Part shown: positions 11,226 through 20,976 of the stretch, in pieces
Numbering within the stretch: position 1 is the first letter of the stretch
Layout of the letters: each line of letters begins with the position of its first letter
Assembly: GCA_030704615.1 (NCBI GenBank)
Contig: CM060732.1
Coordinates: 32,364,001-32,428,000, forward strand
Direction: 5' to 3'
DNA: 64,000 nucleotides
From: Takakia lepidozioides
Taxonomy: Eukaryota > Plantae > Bryophyta
The notes under the pieces: generated by a model
The model's database searches: none
What the model saw: only the letters and a program-made list of their open reading frames with translations
Told to the model about the DNA's origin: nothing
Translations under genes and position numbers: made by a program

Positions 11226-14200
11226 CAAGGTCATCGATGGGCTGAAGACAGACGCAGCGCTGAAGGCCCAATGTCGAAGGATGAGGCAAACCGAGTCAAA
11301 GGCGGAGCACAGTAGTGAAAATAGGGGATGAGGCGAAAATGTGCGATAGTGGGTCGTGCTGTCAACCATGCCTCTGCTCCGGGTCCTGCGCATGATAGAA
11401 GTCGGGCTCGATGCAACTCAGAAGAAGCACTTGAGAGCATGTCGGAAAAGGAATGACGGTGCACGCGCTCGGAAATGGACTCCTGAAGATGGTCGAGGCC
11501 TTGAGCAACCAACTGCTCAAATGGTGGTAGACATGCTCGCGCCGGTGCCAGAAGAAGATCTCGTGCAGAGCGGAGATGCCGCTGGAAGGGTAAAATGCCA
11601 CTGTCGACATGTGCAACGGCGTCCATAAGGATGGGACGATGGTCACAGAGAAATCGTGAAGCGAGGGCTGGCGCCACCAATGCCCAACTGCCAAGGAAAG
11701 CTGACGGGGTAGTAGTGACAGTGGACAAAAGACCCACACCACCGGAAGAGACGGGCAAGGTGGCTTGCTGTCGTGGCAAAAGTCCCTGAGCACCCTCCAA
11801 AGCTCCTGGTCCTAACAATCTCCCGAAGATAGTCATCATGGTAGTATCAAACCCAGATAAGAGGTGTAGGAAATCTGGGCTGGGTGGAACAATGCGCAAG
11901 AGATATGAGGGACGCTGAAGGAAACATTTGGTCAAGATTCCATATGCTACCTGTACATCTCCGAGCCTAGGAAGGAGATCGGCGTGGGTGGCATCCTGGT
12001 GGAGTGCATCTTCCAAGAAGGACGTTGTGAACTGGGTGGTGCCAAAAGGGACTCCCAGGATTCTGATGCCATTGGGCGGAGCAATGAAGTGAGCAGGGAG
12101 GACAAAATCTGCAGGGAGACCGGACGGAGACCACACCGCACATTTGCGAGGTTGCACTGAAAGGCCCACGACAGAGAGTTGGGTGACAAAATGATAGTAA
12201 GCTGAAAGTACCTGTGAGGCAGGGCCTACAATGTGCGTGTCGTCTGCCACCGACGGAAAAAGACAAGATGAGTGAACTTGTGCAGAAGCCGTGAGGGCGC
12301 GGACATGAGCCATGGCAAACAAAGGTCCTCCTAAAGGGTCGCCTTGGCGGGTCCCAACCTCGGACTGAATGATGGAGCACTCACCTAGGCGAGAATGATG
12401 ACTGTAGTATAGGGGAGTGGTGGATGTATAGAATAATTGAACAAACGGAATGAGCTGGTGAAAATCTCCTCCGGCTGAATGGAGCTCCTGAAAGATAGCC
12501 GCTCGTGACACAGTGTTGAAAGCGTTGGTGACGTCGACCTGGAGAACCACCCAATCCGGATGAAGATCAAGAGCTGCATGAATCCCCTGAACCATCGCCT
12601 CGAGTGGCGACCCCGAACTGGTGCGGAAAAAGGTGTCCGGAGAAGGCATCTCGAAACTGAAGACAAAGTGAGCGGCTGACAAGGCGGTAAAGAACCTCTC
12701 CAACTGCGATAGGGCGTCTGAGGGTTTGCTCATAGCCAACAATCTGGAGGCCCCAAGGAGACGGGCCACTGGGGCAAGGATACGGCCAGCAGCAATAAAT
12801 GAGCAAATCTAAAATAGCTGAGAGAAGCCACTAGCAGAGTCATGTGGAGAGAAACAGTCGTGTAAGTGCTCATACATGAGACCGGAAGGACCTGCCGCTG
12901 CAAGATGGGGACTGCGCGTGAAGGCCTGAGTGAAGACCTCCCGATCTAGCTTGAGATCCTGGTCTGGCTCGAAGTCCTCAACAAAAAGCGGCAGAATATC
13001 CTGAGCTGATGGGTGAAGGGCTTCGAGGGCAGTGACAGTATCCGGTGATGGAGGCGCTGGTGAGGAAGGTGCTAAAGCCTTGGCCACGCGTGAGTACTCG
13101 CCAACGCGGCCTAACATGAGACTATGACGAAGTCGCCTGTGGGCCGATGAGGGTGGCTGTGTGGAGGAAGCGGGAGGGGCGCGTGCCGCAAGGGCTAGTG
13201 CCCGTAATTGATGCTCATCTTGCAGACTCTCCCAATCTCCAGATAAAAAACGGCGAAGACGGATGCGCGTCTCTCTGTGCCCTGACTGACCACCACGAGG
13301 GGGCAAAACCAAACACCACTGAGGAAATAACAAGAAAAGATACCATGCTGGTATATCATCAGGATCACGAGCCAGCCTGTCTAAGGGTAGATGGAGTGCC
13401 AGTTGGACCTCATGACGTAGTGCCACCGGAATTCTTGTATAAAGACGAGGTCTTGGCAGTCCTAGTTGAAATGCGCCCAGAAAATCTAGCGCTGAAAGCC
13501 AATGCCAAGCAGAGGCAGGAGGTGGCGCGTGCAAGACACTGGGCTGAAATGGAGAAGTACAATTTGTGTGGGACTGATGAAGAGCTGCGCACGTGCGCTG
13601 GTGTCGCGCAAGCCCTCTGATGCGCGCAAAAAGACGACCGCGAGCTGGGCATGGGGTACGGTCTGATGGGAGAGGCACCTGCTGTTGGGGTAAGAGTGAT
13701 GGGGTCGGCAATGCAGGCTGCACAACTGGAGAAGAAGGCACGTGGAGAGGCTCATGACCAAGAGGAGTTGGGCTGCCTTGAAGCCGCTGCCGAGAATCGG
13801 ATGGAGAACCTGGAGGAGAAGTGACTGGCGTGGGACCTCAAATCCTACCTGAGAGGCGCAGTGGGGGAGGGCTCAACAGACACTGTGGGAGTTCTTCGGT
13901 CGGTGGGGCGCCAATGGAAGAACCTGGAATCAGCGGTGGAGAAGACCGTTGTGAAGATGACGACTCTTCTTGAACTTGGTGTCTGGAGCTTGGACTCTGG
14001 TGCGCATCAGGAACATGTGAGCTAGGGGTAGGGGTACGTTGGCATTGGGGTCTTCCAAGAGGAGCAGGTCTTCCAGTAGGAGCAGTTGCGGCTGTGTTCA
14101 GCACCTCTCGTTGCTCTAGGCAGCGAACTGCCAAGGATGGTGGAGTAGACAGTAAAGGGGTTGTGGTGAGGGCTGGAGTCGGCTGCCTGTACGGCGTCGG

Positions 14201-14392
14201 GGCTGAACGAGCTGGGGGACGAGCCGATCGAGGCCGCCTGACCGGCGTGGGGCCCACTATTGCACAGCGGCCGCTTGCTCGCTTAGCGCTGCTACCGCTG
14301 TCGCTACTGCCAACACCTCTACTAAGTTGGCGGCGCTGCAGGCCTCGCCGAGGTCTGGCAGCGACGCCGCTCATCGTACTTCTCGAGTCCAC
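11226..14392 (-). pseudogene. N-terminal Pro/Ser-rich region, Zn finger and RT of the CRE ORF
   Basis: CPARGRLFARIRGLARHQRTC (degenerate Zn finger), AAGPSG..YEHL, RT motifs; in-frame TAG at 12809 and small frameshifting deletions. Confidence 0.9.
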
Positions 14393-14934
14393 GCTCGTGG
14401 CTTCTTGTATTCAAAGTTCTCTTTGAATAGCTTTGTGTTTGAGTTCAAACAAATCCTGGGAATGTTTGTCTCTCAACCTCTAAGGGTCAACAAGTCGATC
14501 AAGAAAGAGGAAATAAAGATATTTATTAGAGGCCTGAAGGGGAAAAGGAACGTCGTCACGTCCACAGAGTACCAACCGGGGCCATGAGACAACTTGGAAC
14601 AAACCAAGGACTGCTGGAGAAGACATGACCAAGTGTTGCTTGAAGATGAAGTACCTCAAGCAGATACGCCACAAGGCACTTCAGATCTTGAAAGCTTAAA
14701 CATTCACGATTTTACAGAAAGAAAGAATTTACAAAGCAAAACTAAAATTACTTGAGTCTACTACATCACTACATTAACACTACATCACTACATTAGGAAT
14801 CTGAAAAGTAAGAAATGCAATACGTATTGTTGGGCACACAATCTCCCAAACAAGTGAGACAATTTATCACATCAATACCCACATACAAGCAAACAATGCA
14901 ACAACTTCAGATTTGCCTACTTATTTTGATTCAA

Positions 14935-15760
14935 ACTAGGCATGATGACAAGTTCTTAAACAGAGTCCCCTAGCATCTCCACATTAGGTACAAAAATACC
15001 ACATTCCACACACTTCCTCCTCTTAGAAGTTTTTTGGAGGAAGTAAAGTGCTCATATGTTTGGAACATATGCTCTTCCACAATTGTTCTCATGGGTCCAC
15101 CCCACATGGCACATTGGTCACTTCCATATTGAAGAGCATATGAGACCGTAATGAAATCGAGATATAATACATAAGAATTGATCGAAGATCATGTCTCAAC
15201 AGCAATGGACATGCAAGCGGTGCCACCACTTATGATGACATATTTGCACACTATAAGTTGATCCTACACATCAATCCCCCTCATGTGTTGTTGATAATAC
15301 TTCACAATAGAGGAAGTACGTAGGAACCAATCGCCAAGCAATAATTTCGCCGGTCTATCAACAAGCGGGTCTTTGTAATTTTATCAGCATGGGCTGACTT
15401 AGATCTATCTCCACAATGCGGTTATCCACTAGGTGCAGAGCAGACACCTCAAAATGGCTTCTGATCTATTGCGACTCATATCCACATAATGGAAGGACAC
15501 TTGAAAAAAGAGTTGTTTCGAGTATCACATAGTCAATTAAGCGATTTTTAAATTTCCATTAGGATATAGATAGCCCACCAAGTCTACAATTCTACAACAT
15601 TGATAGGGTACGTCCGCCACTTTCTCCTCTTCCAAGGCCCATTGTGATCTAAGGTTTGAGCATATAAATTCGTCTGCATGCTACAAAATCGCATTATCGG
15701 TACATGCCAAAATAGAAAAAAAAAGAGAAAAATCAACATGTGCAACATTATTGTGCAAAT
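14935..15760 (-). mobile_element. Decayed, internally deleted piggyBac-like (PGBD) transposase
   Basis: Collinear minus-strand motifs FFFLFW..QTNLYAQ; VEL*TWWAIYILM; MSRNRSEAILRCL/HLVDN..DKITKTRLLID; IVKYYQQHMRGIDV*DQL; HKWWHRL..INSYVLY; Cys-rich tail RRKCVEC..FCT*CG..LCLRTC. Confidence 0.8.
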
Positions 15761-17052
15761 GAACTTCTGGTTCTGACTCACCCCACTCCAAATTACCTTT
15801 GCCAACTTGGAGGCATCGGAATTCCACGTGTCATTGACAAAACTTTAGTTTGGGTGACCATTCATTCCAACTTCCCAAGTATATGGGACTCCCGGACTGG
15901 AAGCCAAGGTTTTGGGTTTTCTTATGGAGGCTATGTAATGGGAAACGAGGGAAAAACAGTCAAAATATTCTGTGCATTGGGCTATGGGTTTGGCCTATGG
16001 GGCTGGCCTGTTAGTATGCTTCATGGCTCCGAAAAGGGGTTAATTTCCCTCTCAAGGCCCACTGTCTCTGGCTTGGGAAAAAAAAGGAAAGAAAAAGAAA
16101 AGGCTGAGCAAGTGTAGGAGATATTGTTTGCATGACTAACCACATGTATTGTTATAAATTTGATCGTGATTGTTTGTTGTTCAACCACGTTTTTTTTGTA
16201 TATGGAACTAATAAAATACGTGGATAAAGTATGCATGTGAATTATTATATAAAGTGTGTGGATTTTTTATATCTTGCTTATAAGTACAATACGTGGATAA
16301 ACATGAACGATGTATAACCATGGATAAAAATTGAGCAATGTATAACATCTACATATGTTTCTAACCAACATATAATTTGGTCATATCTATATTTTGTGTG
16401 TCGCACAGATACTTCGACTTCATCTCTATTTTTCTTGTCTATATGAGAACTCATGCTGTCATTTGGAATGTATGAAAGTTGCACCCAATAGCAAATCAAC
16501 AAATTAGTGTGGAGGATTTGTTATCCAAAGAAGTAGCTTTCTCCTAATTATGCAAGCTTCTTGCAAATGGTTCTCTTATCACAAGTCTTCTACACATAGA
16601 TGTTCTACATTTGACATATGATTTGATATTGTAACTTCGAGGTACTTCAACACTGAATTCCGTAGGTATTTCATAGTCTATCAGTTAAGAAACATGAATT
16701 TATTTAGCCATGTAGAGCATTCTCTCAATGACACTTTAAACTTATTGAATAACATATCAGGCTTAAATTGGTTGAATGACTTGCCACTTGTTACAACTTT
16801 TTGTGTGGTGATGGGAGCTATGGTGTTTGGTCGGAATTTCTTAACAAGTGCCGGACCTCACGCCCGTGAATGCCCACGGGCCCAGGCATTCCCCCTCACT
16901 TAAAATAAATTTGAAAAAAATGTCCGTTAATTTGAAGAAAAAAAAATGTTCGTTAATCGAAAGCTATCATTGTCTCCAAGCCCCCTTAAAATCTGGTGGT
17001 TAGGTCTCTTGACATGGATCCCGACGAGGCTGTATAAAGCCCGCTAGGGAAC

Positions 17053-17538
17053 ATGGACAGGAACGATGAAGAAACTCCAGCGAAGGTGCTGGATTATCTA
17101 CGGTCATCAATCCGAAGCAATGAAAAGACGAAATCAACACTTAAATCGATGTCCGATATGCTCCTTGCCTACAAATCGGCCACATCTGGAAAGATTGCAG
17201 CAGATGACGAGAGCAAAGAGAAGGCGGAGAGAGAGCAAGAAGTAAAAGGGGAGAAGAATATCGAAGCATTAGCTGACAAGAGGAACGATGAATCGGAGAA
17301 AGTGATCAATGGACTGAGGAGGTATATAGAGGAACAGAAGCAGAATATTGAGATTCTCAACGGAAAAATTGCAGCAACTCTCGAGGGCAAGGTCCGGGCG
17401 GAGAGAGAGCTGAAACGAATGGAAGAGCGCTGTAGTCTATTGAGCAGTCAGCTGCTACGGGAGGAGATGGAGGCCAAGGCTGTGGGCCCGGAATGTGAGC
17501 GTGGAAGTGGAGATGCTGCGGTGGCGAGTGGGGCTTGA
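17053..17538 (+). CDS. Hypothetical intronless charged coiled-coil protein (161 aa)
   Basis: Uninterrupted E/K-rich ORF with heptad-like pattern; TATAAA at 17033-17038; no recognised domain. Confidence 0.5.
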   Translation: MDRNDEETPAKVLDYLRSSIRSNEKTKSTLKSMSDMLLAYKSATSGKIAADDESKEKAEREQEVKGEKNIEALADKRNDESEKVINGLRRYIEEQKQNIEILNGKIAATLEGKVRAERELKRMEERCSLLSSQLLREEMEAKAVGPECERGSGDAAVASGA

Positions 17539-18213
17539 TGTAGATATACTGCTCAGAGGTAGGGATTCGATTTTTTGGTTTATGCACTTCAAACTGTGAT
17601 GATTCGGGTGCTGAACTTAGTAAAATCACGACATGTTTCTTACGTCTTCTCGCAGATTCAGGGTCCTGGCCAGCAAGTTTTCTAATGCGTGGTGGAGGCC
17701 ACTTATGAAGCGTCATCTCAGGTTTCGGTGCTGCATGCATGCATAGTGAGCAGGGTCTGTAATTTCCGACAAGATTGTCGGTACTAGCGGCATACATGGA
17801 CCATGGTCCAAGGGCCAAGGATTCGCTACATAACAGTGAGAGTCGGACAACGGAACTGTATCAGATTCAAAAGGAATCTTTTTTTCTTTATCAAAATTCG
17901 ACGAATGATTAAAACTCTCGTTATTTTCTTCTTTGAATTTTGAAAATCAGGAACACTGCCCTCAAGTCTAAGAATTTTTGTCTTTCAAGATGTCTCTTTC
18001 CTAACTCTTGAATGATAACTTTACTACAGGCAGCCTATAACAGAATTAAGAGCAACGGTAAACATAGATTAGAGAGTAAGTGCTGCTAGAGCGCCTTTGA
18101 TGGAGCAGTTTTACTGAAGCAAACCAAATCAGTCTCCCTGGAGCTATTATAACTCTGAACCTCATCAACTGTTTCTCTTTACACTCTTTACACTGTATTA
18201 AATTGCGGTGTGC

Positions 18214-19371
18214 CTAACTCAGTCCGGAGATGGGTCGATCAAGACATAGCCTCGTCTCCGTCTCAGAGAGAGGCAGGGCAGGCGTTGAAGGCACATTGCC
18301 AAGCTCCGTCAACCTCGTCTCAGCAGCTGCAGCAGCCGTGTGAACCGTCTTTCGTGATTCTTGAGGTGCGCTCTCTCTACGCTGCAGATCTAGGACTTGT
18401 TGCCTTTGGACATGCTGGCATATTGAGGCCACGCGAGTTCGCAACTCCTCCAGTTGTTTGCTTGTCGCTACCTGGAGCTCCCGAGCCTTGGTTTTGTCTT
18501 CTGCGGGCTCGTTGAAGAACGCATCAATGTCCTCTTCCGTCTGGAACTCGACAGGTTCATAAGTTGTCCTAAACCACTCGTCTTCACGAATTTGTGCCAC
18601 AGTCGCGCGATCGCCCGGGTTCAACTTCAAAATTTTGAGAATCAAGTTTTTCGAGCCTGCCGTCAACCAGGGAGGAGAGCACAGGCCATTGGATATGGAT
18701 TTGCCTACAGCTCTTGTGTTGTTGCCGCCAAAGGGTAAGTAGCCAGTCAAGAGTGCGTACAGAACAACTCCGCATGACCAAAGATCCGCTGGCTCACCAA
18801 GATAGCCTTTGCCTAGGATCATCTCCGGGGCCATGTAGCTTGGATTTCCACACCTCTCATGAAGCACCTCATCTTTCTTGTACACAGCGCATCGCCCAAA
18901 GTCGGATAGAAGCAGATTACCATGGCGATCCAAGATCAAGCTTTCCAATTTGATATCTCGGTGGCAAACACCTCGACCGTGACAATACTCCACCGCATCT
19001 ATAAGTTGCTGAAACAACTTTCTTGCTTCATCCTCACTGAATCGTACATAAGAAGAATGCATTTTCTGGTACAACGTGTGGCAATCGCCAACATGATCTA
19101 ACACCATGTAAACTTTGGTGTCGCTGTGTTTGAGAAACAAAAGTTGCACAATGTTGGGATGTTGACCCACCAGCTTCATCGCTGTAATTTCCCGCTCAAT
19201 TTGCCTACCCTCTCTGAGATTTTTGTCCTTACAGTCGACGATCTTGACGATCATATTTCTACGGTTCTTCACGTCGTATCCGGATTGAACTGTAGCAACA
19301 CTGCCCATCCCTCTCTCACCTTTCGGCACTTGATTGTCTTGAACAGTAATATTTCCCGAGCTGATGTTCAT
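18214..19371 (-). CDS. Intronless CIPK/SnRK3-derived Ser/Thr kinase lacking the NAF domain
   Basis: QIEREI..MKLV.HPNIVQL, EDEARKLFQQLIDAVEYCH.RGVCHRDIK, SDFG, CG.P.YMAPE, ADLWSCGVVL, EDEWF; TATA-like element near 19683-19690. Confidence 0.85.
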   Translation of the reverse strand: MNISSGNITVQDNQVPKGERGMGSVATVQSGYDVKNRRNMIVKIVDCKDKNLREGRQIEREITAMKLVGQHPNIVQLLFLKHSDTKVYMVLDHVGDCHTLYQKMHSSYVRFSEDEARKLFQQLIDAVEYCHGRGVCHRDIKLESLILDRHGNLLLSDFGRCAVYKKDEVLHERCGNPSYMAPEMILGKGYLGEPADLWSCGVVLYALLTGYLPFGGNNTRAVGKSISNGLCSPPWLTAGSKNLILKILKLNPGDRATVAQIREDEWFRTTYEPVEFQTEEDIDAFFNEPAEDKTKARELQVATSKQLEELRTRVASICQHVQRQQVLDLQRRESAPQESRKTVHTAAAAAETRLTELGNVPSTPALPLSETETRLCLDRPISGLS

Positions 19372-20976
19372 CGTGGTCCCTTCACCCTTGCTTTGCTATT
19401 CAATCCACTGTCTAGATGCTAAAATCTTCCCACTGGACAACTAGATTTCTCTCAAGCTTCCTGTAGACGACTTCCTAGATTTCTGCCTATTGATGCACCA
19501 ACCGCATCACTTGAACTGAGTAAAACTTCGGATGCACTTGCTCACACGATTCACAAACACTCACAGCTCAGTTGTTCACATGTAAAAACGTGCTTGGCTC
19601 AAAAACCAAGCTAGGAGGAAGCGCCTGAGAGAGGTTGCTGATCAACAAGATGACTCGGATGTATGCAGGGCACATGTATCGAGTTATATAGAGTGCAGCG
19701 TCTGAGCAAAAGAGAGATGAGTGACACTACTTTTACTTGTCTTTTTCTTTTTCTTTTTCTCCGAAAAACAAACTTTTTTAAGAGGGCCCGGACGTTGTAA
19801 GTTGTATGTTCAAGTAAGCCCCCTTTTTTTGTTTTTTACGAAAAGGGGATGAAGGCCCTTGTTTGATTTATTAAAGATTATTGAAGGAAAAAAAATTCAA
19901 ACCCTACATGCCCGATGAGGCCTGTCACACGAAGAAAAAAGAGAAAAAAGAACCAAAAAGAAAAGAAAAGCGAAAGCCTGTCGAGGAGAAGGGTGTGCAT
20001 AGAGCTGCTGTGGTAGATCTGGAGCTGAAAATCTCTCTAGCTTAGAATTTTCAAGGAAGTGATCTGAGGGGTTACAGAGGGTTGGGGTGAAAGAGCTGAC
20101 CAATTGAGCAGCGGAACTCCCCTTGCCATCATGAATTAGAAGGAAATGATGCTGCTGTTACAGCTACAGACAGCGTTCCACAGCATCAGCTGGCGAGATA
20201 TAGAATTAACTAGAGGAATTCTTTCAATGGACTCAGGGCCTTCGCTTTTGCTTGATATACTCGGCCGAACTAAAGAGAATGTCAATGTGCTTCGGAATTG
20301 GGGATTGATTAAAAAGAACCCTGCAGATCTTTAAGTTTTACAGATAACACAAACACCAGAAAAACACGCGTTCACGTCTCTCGTTCCAACTGTATATCAG
20401 AGGGAAGAGGGGGAGAAGCCCCTCCAAGGCTTCTGGTGGTGCAGCCCAGGATACATCCACGCGCAATCTTGAAAGCAAAGCTGCTGGAGGCGCTGCAGAT
20501 CTTTGCTTGCAGGACTGAGAAGGTGGCGTCAGCGAAGTGGGCGTCACCCTTTGTCTTAGTACAGAGTCCTCGGTCTCAAGCCGACTACACGCAGGTGTTT
20601 TTCTTTGAGAGGAAGAAAAGGCAGAAGACCTTAATGAGGCCTTCATGTCAATGCAAAGAGGGTTTGCATCCCCGAGCTCTCTCGACCTCATGCAACCGCC
20701 CTCTGTTTCCCTCTTTTGTCTTCCGGTTCTATGTCCCAAATTTTCTCGGGTGAGCATATTTTCGTGTCGCCATAGCATATTCTAGGGATGTTCAGAGAAT
20801 ATATGGAATATTTTGTTATGCGTGCTCACACGCACGGAGCTTGCCTGATCTCGGGATCATCCAGCTACAGTTCGACACGTGCACCCAAAACGCGAGCGAC
20901 GTTGGGGGTATCGAAGGTCGCAGGGGATGGGGTCGATGGCTGACAGCATTTATGGAGAGTTGTACGCGAGTGTGCC

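Larger units (their letters stand above)
4748..14416 (-). mobile_element. CRE-type non-LTR retrotransposon (Zn finger, RT, CCHC, restriction-like endonuclease), inactivated and interrupted by a CACTA element
   Basis: 13-bp TSD TTCTCTTTGAATA at 4735-4747 and 14417-14429; 3' AATAAA then (CAT)n tail; RT motifs RPIAVGE, QVDVTNAFNTVSR, GTRQGDPLG, VADD, LGVP; RLE region RVDIV..LADV..AQAKERDY..FLPLAVEIFG. Confidence 0.92.
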
